Below the pieces are notes generated by a model. It made no database searches. It had not been told where the DNA came from and saw only the letters and a list, made by a program, of their open reading frames with translations. A program made the translations under genes and the position numbers. A stretch of DNA of 45,791 nucleotides from Eubacteriales bacterium. GTDB lineage: Bacteria; Bacillota; Clostridia; Oscillospirales; CAG-272. Of the stretch, positions 1 through 9,261 are shown piece by piece; position 1 is the first letter of the stretch; the number at the start of each line of letters is the position of its first letter. The stretch covers positions 1 through 45,791 of the forward strand of contig JAZQWA010000004.1 of the NCBI GenBank assembly GCA_045632065.1. Direction: 5' to 3'.

Positions 1-1025
1 ATGCAGGGGCCGTGCTTGAGGTCAAGCATATAGTGGTAGAAGGTAAAGGGACGTCCCTCTTTTTCTCTCTTTATCATTTCCTTTGCGAGAATCTCGTATT
101 GCTCGAAGATTACAGGCAAATCCTCCTCGGTCAGCGCGTAAGGGTCGCCGGGAGGGCAAACAACAGGCTCCATAGAAAGCTCGGTAAATCCGAGGTCTGC
201 CATGTGGAAAATATCGTTAGTAAAATCTGTGTTGTTATGAGTAAACGTACCTCTTACGTAATAGCCCTGACCGCCACGGCTCTCAACAAGCTTTTTAAAG
301 TTGGGAACTATGGTATCGTAGCTTCCGCGGCCTGCATAGTCAACACGGAAGTGGTCGTTAACTTCCTTTCTGCCGTCAAGCGAAAGAACTACGTTGTGGC
401 ATTCGCGGTTTACAAACTCAATCATCTCGTCGGTGAGAATCATGCCGTTTGTGGTATAGGTGAAGCGGAAGTGCTTATTCTTCTCTGCCTCAATGCTTCT
501 TGCATACTCTACAAGACGCTTTACAACGTCAAAGTTCAAGGAGGGCTCACCGCCAAAGAAGTCAACCTCAAGATTCTTTCTGCCACCCGAATTGGCAACG
601 AGGAAATCAAGAGCCGCCTTACCAACCTCAAAAGACATAAGCGCTCTATCGCCGTGATATTTACCCTGACTTGCAAAGCAATAAGAGCAGTTAAGGTTGC
701 AGGTGTGGGCAACGTGGAGGCAAAGCGCCTTTACCACCTTGCTGTTGTTCTTGAAATCTATTGCAAGGCTCTCATACTTGTCCTCGGAAAACAGCTTACC
801 TGCCGCCTCAAGCGAGCGAATATCGTCTATGCACTCGAGAATATCCTCTCTCGTCACGTCGTCAAGGTGACCGTATCTTTCAAGAATTATATTAACTATC
901 TCGTCGGGTGTCTTTTCCTTATACATTGCGATAATATCGTACGCAACCTCGTCAACGGTATGTACCGAGCCCGACGCAGGGTCAAGAACTATGTTGTATC
1001 CATTTAATTTATACTGATGTATCAT
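1..1025 (-). CDS. scfB: SCIFF radical SAM/SPASM thioether maturase (partial, 3' end runs off the window)
   Basis: Not in the ORF track. Manual translation from ATG at 1025 (RBS GGAG upstream) gives MIHQYKLNGYNIVLDPASGSVHTVDEVAYDII..., the CxxxCxxC motif in ALCLHVAHTCNLNCSYCFASQG, and FTFYHYMLDLKHGPC at the window edge. Directly downstream of the SCIFF peptide gene. Confidence 0.95.
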   Translation of the reverse strand, partial: MIHQYKLNGYNIVLDPASGSVHTVDEVAYDIIAMYKEKTPDEIVNIILERYGHLDDVTREDILECIDDIRSLEAAGKLFSEDKYESLAIDFKNNSKVVKALCLHVAHTCNLNCSYCFASQGKYHGDRALMSFEVGKAALDFLVANSGGRKNLEVDFFGGEPSLNFDVVKRLVEYARSIEAEKNKHFRFTYTTNGMILTDEMIEFVNRECHNVVLSLDGRKEVNDHFRVDYAGRGSYDTIVPNFKKLVESRGGQGYYVRGTFTHNNTDFTNDIFHMADLGFTELSMEPVVCPPGDPYALTEEDLPVIFEQYEILAKEMIKREKEGRPFTFYHYMLDLKHGPC

Positions 1026-1052
1026 AAAAATACTCCTTACTAATCATTAAAG

Positions 1053-1081
1053 AAGGGTGCCGCAAATTAAGCGACACCCTT
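1053..1081 (-). terminator. Stem-loop between scfA and scfB (weak terminator or stabiliser)
   Basis: Minus strand AAGGGUGUCGC-uuaauuu-GCGGCACCCUU, an 11-bp stem with one G-U pair, followed by CUUUAAU. Confidence 0.6.
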
Positions 1082-1113
1082 GTCTTTGCGCGAGTAGCGC
1101 CCATGAAGTAAAA

Positions 1114-1263
1114 TTACTTCTGGTTCTTGTTCTCGCACTGCTGGTTTGCAACGCCGCAAGAGGTCTTGCAAGCAGACTGGCAAGAGGTCTGGCACTCGCC
1201 GCAGCCACCGTTCTCAACGGTCTTTGCAATATTCTTAGTTTCAACAGTATTGATTCTCTTCAT
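1114..1263 (-). CDS. scfA: SCIFF (six cysteines in forty-five residues) ranthipeptide precursor, 49 aa
   Basis: Manual translation MKRINTVETKNIAKTVENGGCGECQTSCQSACKTSCGVANQQCENKNQK*, with the canonical GGCGECQTSCQSACKTSC motif. RBS GGAGG upstream. Below the ORF-track size cut-off. Confidence 0.97.
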   Translation of the reverse strand: MKRINTVETKNIAKTVENGGCGECQTSCQSACKTSCGVANQQCENKNQK

Positions 1264-1301
1264 TTTAATAATCCTCCGATTACATAAATTTCAACGAATA
1301 C

Positions 1302-1330
1302 ATTATATCACAAGCTTTTTTGGTTGTCAA
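1302..1330 (-). promoter_or_regulatory. sigma-A promoter for scfAB
   Basis: TTGACA (1330-1325), 17 nt spacer, TATAAT (1307-1302) with TGn extended -10. Confidence 0.8.
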
Positions 1331-1438
1331 TAATTTTTTTAAAATAGGAAAAAAATATAAGATTGACGAAAATGAGCCGAGCTTGTAAAAATTCTTTCTT
1401 TGTTTTTTGGGAAAATCCCTGCCATGCGATATTTTCGC

Positions 1439-2773
1439 TTATTGGGTATGGTTGTAGATTATGTTGGCGTTTATTAACTTGTCGTTAGATTTTTTGATAT
1501 CAATTTCAGCCCATTTTTCCTCGCTTCCGGAGTAATAAACGTTAGTTATTGCATAGCAACCACTAAAGGCACCTTCTGCAATAGTTGTGACGCTATCCGG
1601 GACGATTATATTTTTAAGCTCTACACAATAAGCAAATCCTTGAAAACCTATTGTTTGAATGCTATCAGGCAAGGTAATGCTTTCCAGCTTGCTACAACCA
1701 AAGAACATATTTATGCTTATGTAGCGTACTCCCTTTTCAATCGTAACGCTTGTAAGATTATCACAACCTTCAAACACAAATGGTGCAATACTTGTTGCGC
1801 TACCCGGGATTGTAACACTTTCAAGTCCCGAGCATCTTGAAAACGCGCTGTCGTTTATATTTGTTACACCATGAGGAATCGTTATCGACTTAAGGCTGGC
1901 GCAATCCTGAAATGCCGAAATGCCAATGCTCGTACATAAAGAGCCGTCCGCAAACAAGACACTAACGAGATTTTTGCACTCCAAAAAGGCCTCATCCCCT
2001 ATGCTTTTTACGTTCTTTGGTATTGTTATACTCGTCAGATTTTTGCAGCCATAAAAGGTGTCCCTGGGTATACTTTCAAGATTTTCAGATAACGTAATAC
2101 TTGTAAGACCACTACAATTCCTGAATACATAATCACCCAAACTTTTTACGCTGCTCGGCATTGTTACGCTTTTAAGATTATGACAACCGGAAAATGCACC
2201 CGTTTTAATGCTTGTAACAGTATCAGGTATTATAAATGACGTGTAGATTTTACCCGCAGCATAATGAATAAGCGTTTTACCGTTTTCTGTATAAAGATTT
2301 CCGTTCAATGATTTGAAGAAGATATTTTTTTCATTTACATTTATTTTTTCCAGGCTTCCACATGCCGAAAATGCGCCGTCTCCTATGCTTATTACACTCT
2401 CCGGAATCGAAATTTCAACAAGTCTCGTGCATGCGAAAAAAGCTCGTTCTTCTATTTTTGTAACAGTGCTTGGAATAATTATCTTTGTAAGCGATACACA
2501 ATAATAAAAAGCCTCACGACTTATACCGATTACCTCATCTCCATCAGGCGAGATGGGCGGAATCACCAATTCCGTGTCAGTACATTCGCCTTTGCCTTTT
2601 ACAAAGCAGGTTCCGTTACCTTTAGACTCAAAACTAAGACCTTCACTGTAAACGATTTTTTCATCACCTTGAGACTCGCCGCCAACATCAGATTTTTCAC
2701 CATTTTTACAGGATGTAAGGCACAATAAAAAGCAAACGAGCAAGACTAAAACCAACCATATACTTTTTTTCAT
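1439..2773 (-). CDS. BspA-like leucine-rich repeat (LRR_5/TpLRR) surface lipoprotein
   Basis: Signal peptide with lipobox-like LCLTSC. Many ~23-aa repeats of the form IPxSVTxIGxxAFxxCxxLxSI. RBS GGAGG. Confidence 0.9.
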   Translation of the reverse strand: MKKSIWLVLVLLVCFLLCLTSCKNGEKSDVGGESQGDEKIVYSEGLSFESKGNGTCFVKGKGECTDTELVIPPISPDGDEVIGISREAFYYCVSLTKIIIPSTVTKIEERAFFACTRLVEISIPESVISIGDGAFSACGSLEKINVNEKNIFFKSLNGNLYTENGKTLIHYAAGKIYTSFIIPDTVTSIKTGAFSGCHNLKSVTMPSSVKSLGDYVFRNCSGLTSITLSENLESIPRDTFYGCKNLTSITIPKNVKSIGDEAFLECKNLVSVLFADGSLCTSIGISAFQDCASLKSITIPHGVTNINDSAFSRCSGLESVTIPGSATSIAPFVFEGCDNLTSVTIEKGVRYISINMFFGCSKLESITLPDSIQTIGFQGFAYCVELKNIIVPDSVTTIAEGAFSGCYAITNVYYSGSEEKWAEIDIKKSNDKLINANIIYNHTQ

Positions 2774-2802
2774 GATAAAACCCCTCCTTTGTTAGTAGTA
2801 AT

Positions 2803-2832
2803 ATTATACCATGTTTTCCTTATACCTGTCAA
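2803..2832 (-). promoter_or_regulatory. sigma-A promoter for the LRR lipoprotein gene
   Basis: TTGACA (2832-2827), 18 nt spacer, TGg-TATAAT (2808-2803). Confidence 0.7.
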
Positions 2833-2838
2833 TAAGCA

Positions 2839-2867
2839 AAAAGAGACGAGAAATACTCGTCTCTTTT
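2839..2867 (-). terminator. Rho-independent terminator of the pyr operon
   Basis: Perfect inverted repeat AAAAGAGACGAG-aaata-CTCGTCTCTTTT just past the pyrB stop. Confidence 0.85.
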
Positions 2868-2874
2868 AATATTT

Positions 2875-3939
2875 TTAAATTCTCGTGCCGTCCTGGTCGC
2901 AGTAAATGCATCGGTCGGAGTCGTCAAAGAGCATTTTTATGCCTCTTTCGCTGCGGGAAATGCAATGGGGGTTTTTACAAACCATTCCCTTGACACGCTT
3001 GCCTGCGGGACGCTTGTCGTTTACACCCTTCGTGCCGAGAAGCATAAGAATAAGAGCCATTCTGATATATCTGCCGTACATCGCCTGGTCGAAATAATCT
3101 GCTCTCGGGTCATCGTCAACGTCAACGTTGATTTCGGTAACTCTGGGAAGGGGATGCATAATGGAAAGATCATCCTTTGCCATAACGAGCTTGCTTGCGG
3201 TAAGCTCGTATGAGTCCTTCAGGCGCTCGTACTCCTCCTTGGAGTCGAAGCGCTCTGCCTGAATTCTCGTCATATAGAGAATATCAAGCGAGGGAATGGC
3301 GCTCTCAAGATTTTCGGTTTCCACGTACTCGCAGCCGCCGAGGAAGAGATGCTCGTCCTTTACGTAATCGGGCAGACGAAGCTCCTCGGGAGAGATGAGC
3401 ACGAAACGAACGTTCTCGTATCTTGACATTGCCGCAATCAGCGAATGAACCGTTCTTCCGTATTTCAAATCACCGCAGACACCGATAACAAGGTTGTCAA
3501 AATGTCCCTTTTTCTTATAAATCGTCATAAGGTCGGTGAGCGTCTGGGTGGGGTGGAAATGACCGCCGTCTCCCGCGTTGATAACGGGCACTGTCGCCAC
3601 CTTTGAGGCAACGATAGGCGCGCCCTCCTTGGGATGACGCATAGCAATTATATCCGAGTATGCCGAAACCATTCTGATAGTATCGGAAACAGTCTCACCC
3701 TTTGCGGTAGAGGAGCTGCCAGCCTGGTCAAAGCCAAGCACCTGACCGCCAAGGCTCATCATAGCCGAGGTGAAGCTGAGTCGTGTTCTGGTCGACGGCT
3801 CGAAGAAAAGAGTGGCAAGTATCTTACCCCGACAGCACTCCGCGTACTTCTCGGGATTGTCCATAATATCCGAGCCAAGCCTTACAAGGCCATCTATTTC
3901 CTCTGTTGTCAAATCAAGAATATCAACAAGATTTCTCAT
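2875..3939 (-). CDS. pyrB: Aspartate carbamoyltransferase catalytic chain with C-terminal PyrI-like Zn-binding extension
   Basis: Motifs [27 protein letters not shown] and HPLPR. C-terminal CKNPHC...RCIYC. Confidence 0.95.
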   Translation of the reverse strand: MRNLVDILDLTTEEIDGLVRLGSDIMDNPEKYAECCRGKILATLFFEPSTRTRLSFTSAMMSLGGQVLGFDQAGSSSTAKGETVSDTIRMVSAYSDIIAMRHPKEGAPIVASKVATVPVINAGDGGHFHPTQTLTDLMTIYKKKGHFDNLVIGVCGDLKYGRTVHSLIAAMSRYENVRFVLISPEELRLPDYVKDEHLFLGGCEYVETENLESAIPSLDILYMTRIQAERFDSKEEYERLKDSYELTASKLVMAKDDLSIMHPLPRVTEINVDVDDDPRADYFDQAMYGRYIRMALILMLLGTKGVNDKRPAGKRVKGMVCKNPHCISRSERGIKMLFDDSDRCIYCDQDGTRI

Positions 3940-3974
3940 ATTTTACCCTCTTTTTCTAACAATAGTTTACAATT

Positions 3975-4628
3975 TTAGGCTTTTGCACCATATACCTCGA
4001 GATGCTTTTTAATGCGCTCAACGTTTTCGGTATTCTTCTCATCCTCAGAGAGATACTCAATAATATCATAAACGTCAACAACCGAGTAAACGGGGAATCC
4101 GAACTCCTCGCCTACCTCTGCCATAGCGCTCTTGTCGGTCTGACCCTTCTCCTTACGGTCAACCATAACGAAGGTAGCCGCAACCTTTGCTCCTACGGGA
4201 GCGAGGATAGCCATGCTCTCACGAATTGCAGTACCTGCGGTGATAACGTCCTCAACGATAACGATTTTCTCGTCAGAGGTGGGCTTATAGCCTACGAACA
4301 CACCGCCCTCACCGTGGTCCTTTGCTTCCTTTCTGTTGAAGAAGAATGGAAGGTCGAGGCCCTCCTTGGAAAGACCGATGGATGCCGCAACGGCAATGGA
4401 AATTCCCTTATATGCAGGGCCGTAAAGCACAGCCTTTTCTCTGCCGAGCTTCTCAAGATAGCTCTTTGCATAGAACTCACCGAGCTTTGCAATCTGGTCG
4501 CCTGTCTTAATCTCGCCTGCGTTGATGAAATAGGGGATTTTTCTGCCACTCTTTGCGGTGAAATCACCAAACTTGAGAACGCCTGCGCCCTCTAAAAACT
4601 GTATAAATTCTCTTTTGTACTGTTCCAT
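3975..4628 (-). CDS. pyrE: Orotate phosphoribosyltransferase
   Basis: Motifs FGDFTAKSGR, GPAYKGI, NRKEAKDHGEGG and the PRPP-binding VIVEDVITAGTA. Confidence 0.96.
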   Translation of the reverse strand: MEQYKREFIQFLEGAGVLKFGDFTAKSGRKIPYFINAGEIKTGDQIAKLGEFYAKSYLEKLGREKAVLYGPAYKGISIAVAASIGLSKEGLDLPFFFNRKEAKDHGEGGVFVGYKPTSDEKIVIVEDVITAGTAIRESMAILAPVGAKVAATFVMVDRKEKGQTDKSAMAEVGEEFGFPVYSVVDVYDIIEYLSEDEKNTENVERIKKHLEVYGAKA

Positions 4629-4658
4629 TTTCTACTCCTTTGTTTTTATAAAAACGAC

Positions 4659-4780
4659 GTTTGCGTGGTAATTTTTTCACAGACAAGGCGCACCGCAGAA
4701 GGCAAGGTGAAGGCGTAGTTTTCCTACGTCGAACCGCTCTCGAGGAGTAACGCTGTATGTGGAAAAATTAGTCGCAAAAC
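4659..4780 (+). repeat. Structured intergenic element, copy A (divergent flanks, shared core hairpin)
   Basis: Core GAAGGCGTAG-ttttc-CTACGTCGA (4709-4732). Outer stem TAATTTTTTCACA/TGTGGAAAAATTA overlaps the pyrF stop. Same core recurs at 9178 and 25619. Confidence 0.7.
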
Positions 4781-5466
4781 TCACTAACGCATCTCTCGTA
4801 TGCTGCAACGGGATCCTCTGCGGCAGTAATCGGTCTGCCCACAACGATGTAATCAGAGCCGATTTTCTTCGCCTCGGCGGGAGTCATAACTCTCTTCTGG
4901 TCGCCGATGTCACCGTCTGCAAATCTTACGCCGGGGGTTACCGTTACAAAGCTCTTGCCACAGGTATCGTGTACCTTGCCTGCCTCGAGGGGAGAGCAAA
5001 CAACACCGTCAAGTCCTGCCTCGGATGCGCACTTTGCATAGTGCATAACAACCTTATCGATAGGCTCCTTGATGAGCAAATCATTCTCCATGCTCTCCTG
5101 GTCGGTAGAGGTAAGCTGGGTTACCGCAATAAGCATAGGACGGCTTCCGTCGGGACGGGTAAGTCCCTCAATAGCGGCCTCCATCATTCTCTTTGTGCCT
5201 GCCGCGTGAAGATTGGTCATATCCACGTCAAGTCTTGACAAAACCGCCATAGACTTTTTAACCGTGTTAGGAATATCGTGAAGCTTAAGGTCGAGGAAGA
5301 TTTTATGTCCTCTCTTTTTAATTTCCTTTACAATCGATGGGCCCTCTGCATAGTAAAGCTCCATACCGATTTTTACAAAAGGCTTCTTGCCTGTAAATTT
5401 ATCAAGAAATGCAAAGGTTTTTTCTGCGCTGTCAAAGTCGCAGGCAATAATTACGTCCTTTCCCAT
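4768..5466 (-). CDS. pyrF: Orotidine-5'-phosphate decarboxylase
   Basis: Motifs [19 protein letters not shown] and YIVVGRPIT. Confidence 0.97.
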   Translation of the reverse strand: MGKDVIIACDFDSAEKTFAFLDKFTGKKPFVKIGMELYYAEGPSIVKEIKKRGHKIFLDLKLHDIPNTVKKSMAVLSRLDVDMTNLHAAGTKRMMEAAIEGLTRPDGSRPMLIAVTQLTSTDQESMENDLLIKEPIDKVVMHYAKCASEAGLDGVVCSPLEAGKVHDTCGKSFVTVTPGVRFADGDIGDQKRVMTPAEAKKIGSDYIVVGRPITAAEDPVAAYERCVSEFCD

Positions 5467-5481
5467 TTTCTGTACCTCTCT

Positions 5482-8193
5482 TTATTTTTTAGTTGCTGTA
5501 ATATCGTTTTTATTTACCGCCAGATTGACGTTTTCGCCCTCTACGATCTCATCGCCAAAGAGCGACTCGAGTCCCTGCGCGTCGGTCTTATGCTTCGGCT
5601 GCCAGCTCTCGTCATTTGCGTACTTGATTATCTCACCGCGAAGCCAATTTGCTCCGGGGTCGTTTTCATCAAAAGTAAATGAGCACACAAGGAGTTTTCC
5701 GCCCTCGCATGCAAGCTCAAAGAGCGCTGCCTCTTTTTTGGCGTTCTTGTGAGTTGAAACAACCTCGATTATGGGGTCAAACTCAACCTTATCAGACTCG
5801 AATACAACTGCTCCGCCTTCCTCAAGAAGCGAGGAGAACTGCCATGAGCAGAAGTTCTCGCAGGGCATATCGGACAAAATCGGATGCTCTGCTATCACAG
5901 TTGCGGTAAAGCCGTTTGTTCTGCCTGCAAGACTCATTCTGAATGAGGTTTTCACGTGAGTGAATGGCTTCGCGCCAAATACAACAACACGCTCACCTGC
6001 AGAAAGCCGCTTTACAAGCTCGTCACCGTCGGGATTTGTAAGAACCGAAATGCCACAAGGCTCTACTTCCTTTGCTACAGGGAAGAGATAAATCTCCCAC
6101 TCGTTCTGGCTAATTACTCTGTCAGCCGTAAGGCTTGCCTTAAGGGTAAGCGGAATAGGCTTTTCCACCTCGGGCATTGTAAATTTAATCTCGGAAAGCT
6201 TGTTTATACCACCGTTTTCGATATAAACGCTCTCGGTTTTATCAAAGAGCGTCACTCCCTCGCCCGAAAGCGAGATGTTAAGCTCTGCCCTGCCCGATTT
6301 TTCCTCAAACACCGAGGCAAGAACGTTAAATGACATCTCCTCACCTGAGACAAAATTACGCTTTCTGCCAATGTCGGTAAGAATTACCGTAGGAGAGTTG
6401 TAGCGAAGCACGTTCTCCACAGTCTCACCAGGCTTCAGCTCGTAAAACTCGTTCATCATACCCACGTCGTAGCCAAAGGTGTGCCAATGAGTATCGATTG
6501 GGCCGAGGAAATCGTAGCCTGCCATATTTTCACAGCGTCTTGTCGCCTCGAAGCAATATTTGCGAAGTCTTCTCTGCCACTCCGACGAATTCTTGAAGTA
6601 CAAGGGCGCTTTATCGATAAGTCCCTTGTCGGTAAGATGCTTCTCCACCGAGGTAAAGAGCGCGGTTTCACCGATTCGAGTGCCCTCGTAGCGCTTTTTC
6701 AGGCTGAGGTCGGCATAAGAGCCGTCAATGCAAATCTCGTGGGTAACTCTCGGCTTCTGATAAACCGAGTGCCAGGAGCTGACAAGCTCGGGGTTGGCAT
6801 CAAGCGAGTGATAGCTGAAATGCTCGATAGAAAAGCTGCTATACATATCCGCAAACTCGGAAATCATCTTAAATCTTCTGGGATTGTGTCTGAAAGGCTC
6901 CAAAACAGTCTGCTCGGGCTCGATTATGCCGTATTCAACGCCTCGCATAGCGCTCATAGGCGAGAAGAGAGCGTCGGTTTCTGCATGTACTCTCTTTGCA
7001 ACGGCAGAAAGATGCTCTACCATAAGGTCGTCAATCTGAAGCTCGTTGCCTGTGCAGTAAATCACTGCCGAGGTGAACTGTCTTGCAAATTCTATGATAT
7101 TTTCCCACTCTGCAAGGCTTGCATTATTGGGGCTCTCCACCTGAATAAGCATACCAAGCTCGTCTGCCGCCATAAAATACTCCTTGGGCGGTACGTGGGT
7201 GTGGAATCTTATGTAATTGAAGCCAAGCTCCTTAAGCTTGGATATTACGTTCACGTAAAACTCTTTATCGTGAGTGAGGTGAACGGTCTCGGGATAGTAG
7301 CAATGCTCGCAAATACCCCTTAAATAATAAGGCTCGCCGTTAAGACGGAAGTAGTTGCCGTATGCAAGAAGTCGTCTTACACCGAACTCACGGCTGATAG
7401 AAGCATCGCCCGAGATAACCTCGATTGTATATCTTTTTGGGGTTGCAGGCGACCATTTTTCAAGATTTTCGGTGTCAAAAGTAAAGTTTGCTTTACTTTT
7501 TCCCTGTTTTACAACCTGCTCACCGTCTTTTACCTGCCACGAAAGCTCGTCCGCTTCACCAACGAGGCGAACCTCTGCGGTAGAGCAATCCTCGCTAAAG
7601 GTAAGAACGATATCGCGAAGAGCGCTCTTATAAATTCTGATTTCAACGTCGCCCGTAACACCGCCGCTGTATTTCGATGCGGCGCGGGATGTGATACCCG
7701 ATATGGGCTGATTGTCAAAGCCGTAAATGGTGTGATTGGAAACCGCCATGGTGACGGTGTTTTTGCCAATTTTCAGCATCCCCTCGGGAATTTCCACCTC
7801 AAAGGGCGCGCTATATCCCTCGTGGGAGCAAAGAAATGCGCCATTTATCCAGATTTTAGCCGAATTCTGCACGCCCTCGGCATAAAAGGTTGCGTTTTTC
7901 GTATCCGACAGAGTGATTTCCCTCTCGTAGAAGAAGGTGCCCACGTAATTCGGCAAAACCATATCGGGCGGATAATCGCTCATGGGGTATTCATATCTTT
8001 TATATTCGGGGTTGATAACAAGGCTTTCAAAGAAAGGCGCGGTGCGGAATTTCTCGGTCATATCCTCAAAATACCCCGGCACTGCGTCCTCTATCAGCGC
8101 GCCCGAAAGGCGTGGAGATGCCTCACCCGAGTATAAATCGGGCGAATAATCCATATTCCAGCTTCCGTTAAGTGATATTTTATTATATAACAT
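5482..8193 (-). CDS. Glycoside hydrolase family 2 (beta-galactosidase/beta-glucuronidase-like), no signal peptide
   Basis: GH2 N-terminal sugar-binding motifs (ISLNGSW, WING..LCSHEGYSAPFE), FGVRR..FRLNGEPYYLRG, GFNYIRFH..ADELGMLI, and the acid/base motif GNE. Start overlaps the pyrD stop (TGATG). Confidence 0.85.
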   Translation of the reverse strand: MLYNKISLNGSWNMDYSPDLYSGEASPRLSGALIEDAVPGYFEDMTEKFRTAPFFESLVINPEYKRYEYPMSDYPPDMVLPNYVGTFFYEREITLSDTKNATFYAEGVQNSAKIWINGAFLCSHEGYSAPFEVEIPEGMLKIGKNTVTMAVSNHTIYGFDNQPISGITSRAASKYSGGVTGDVEIRIYKSALRDIVLTFSEDCSTAEVRLVGEADELSWQVKDGEQVVKQGKSKANFTFDTENLEKWSPATPKRYTIEVISGDASISREFGVRRLLAYGNYFRLNGEPYYLRGICEHCYYPETVHLTHDKEFYVNVISKLKELGFNYIRFHTHVPPKEYFMAADELGMLIQVESPNNASLAEWENIIEFARQFTSAVIYCTGNELQIDDLMVEHLSAVAKRVHAETDALFSPMSAMRGVEYGIIEPEQTVLEPFRHNPRRFKMISEFADMYSSFSIEHFSYHSLDANPELVSSWHSVYQKPRVTHEICIDGSYADLSLKKRYEGTRIGETALFTSVEKHLTDKGLIDKAPLYFKNSSEWQRRLRKYCFEATRRCENMAGYDFLGPIDTHWHTFGYDVGMMNEFYELKPGETVENVLRYNSPTVILTDIGRKRNFVSGEEMSFNVLASVFEEKSGRAELNISLSGEGVTLFDKTESVYIENGGINKLSEIKFTMPEVEKPIPLTLKASLTADRVISQNEWEIYLFPVAKEVEPCGISVLTNPDGDELVKRLSAGERVVVFGAKPFTHVKTSFRMSLAGRTNGFTATVIAEHPILSDMPCENFCSWQFSSLLEEGGAVVFESDKVEFDPIIEVVSTHKNAKKEAALFELACEGGKLLVCSFTFDENDPGANWLRGEIIKYANDESWQPKHKTDAQGLESLFGDEIVEGENVNLAVNKNDITATKK

Positions 8194-9095
8194 CAGTCTA
8201 TTTTCAGTCCCTTCAAGGAATTGATATTGTATTTTTCCATTACACGAGGAAGGTCCTCGATAATTTTCTTACAAGCATAGGGGTCAACGAGATTTGCCGC
8301 GCCAACCTCAACTGCAACCGCGCCTGCAAGGAGCATTTCGATTACGTCCTCGGCGCTTGAAACACCGCCCATACCGATTACGGGGATGTTTACTGCGTGG
8401 GAAACCTGATAAACCATTCTCACTGCCACAGGGAAAATGGCAGGGCCTGAAAAACCGCCCATTTTGTTGGCGATAACAGGCTTTTTTGTTTTAAGGTCAA
8501 TTCTCATACCCAGCATTGTGTTGATAAGACTGATACCGTCGGCTCCTGCCGCCTCGCACGCCTTGGCAATTGCCACGATGTCGGTTACGTTAGGCGAGAG
8601 CTTAACGATTACAGGCTTGGTGGTCACCGCCTTAACGGCTCTCACAACCTCGCTCGCTCCCTCGGGAGTAGTTCCGAATGCCATACCGCCGCCGTGAACG
8701 TTGGGGCAGCTGATATTAACCTCGAGCCAGCCTACCTGCTCGCACTTGTCAAGCTTTTGGCAGGTGTAAACGTACTCCTCTACCGAAAAGCCCGAAATAT
8801 TTGCCATAACAGGCTTATCAAAGCACTTTTTCAGCTTGGGAAGCTCCTCCGAGATAACCTTTTCAACACCCGGATTCTGAAGTCCTACGGCATTTATCAT
8901 ACCCGAATAGCACTCGGCAATTCTGGGTGTGGGGTTGCCGAATCTTGCATCCTTGGTGGTTCCCTTAAATGAGAACGTGCCGAGAATATTTATATCGTAA
9001 AGCTCGGCAAACTCATAACCGAAGCCAAATGTACCCGAAGCAGGAATTATTGGGTTGTCAAGCTCTATGCCCAAAAGATTTACTTTTGTGTTCAT
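8193..9095 (-). CDS. pyrD: Dihydroorotate dehydrogenase, class 1B catalytic subunit
   Basis: Motifs NPIIPASGTFG, NAVGLQNPG, EVNISCPNV and KLSPNVTDI. Confidence 0.96.
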   Translation of the reverse strand: MNTKVNLLGIELDNPIIPASGTFGFGYEFAELYDINILGTFSFKGTTKDARFGNPTPRIAECYSGMINAVGLQNPGVEKVISEELPKLKKCFDKPVMANISGFSVEEYVYTCQKLDKCEQVGWLEVNISCPNVHGGGMAFGTTPEGASEVVRAVKAVTTKPVIVKLSPNVTDIVAIAKACEAAGADGISLINTMLGMRIDLKTKKPVIANKMGGFSGPAIFPVAVRMVYQVSHAVNIPVIGMGGVSSAEDVIEMLLAGAVAVEVGAANLVDPYACKKIIEDLPRVMEKYNINSLKGLKID

Positions 9096-9135
9096 AATAT
9101 GCTCCTTTAAAAGCTATTTTATGTTTATAGACCTA

Positions 9136-9260
9136 CAGGGATTGGCAGATTTAGGCGAGAAGCGTTGTTTGCGCCCCGAAGGCGTAGATGCCCTACGTCG
9201 AGCGGAAGCAAACGGCGGTAGAAAACTATGTTTTAGGTCTCGCCAAATATGGCATCCCTG
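9136..9260 (+). repeat. Structured intergenic element, copy B
   Basis: Nested stems CAGGGAT/ATCCCTG, AGATTT/AAATAT, GGCGAGA/TCTCGCC and CGTTGTTTGC/GCAAACGGCG. Core GAAGGCGTAG-atgcc-CTACGTCGA (9178-9201). Side hairpin AAAAC-tat-GTTTT. Ends 1 nt from the pyrK stop. Confidence 0.8.
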
Positions 9261-9261
9261 A

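Noticed and set aside
12-1007. 331-aa plus-strand ORF
   Set aside because: Antisense shadow of scfB, which has the radical SAM motif, RBS and operon context on the minus strand.
1047-1333. Three short ORF-track calls around scfA
   Set aside because: Alternative-frame or antisense overlaps of the true 49-aa SCIFF precursor (1114-1263).
4659-4780. Intergenic hairpins in the pyr operon as PyrR attenuators
   Set aside because: No PyrR-binding loop consensus or U-tailed terminator seen, and the same core occurs at 25619, far from any pyr gene.
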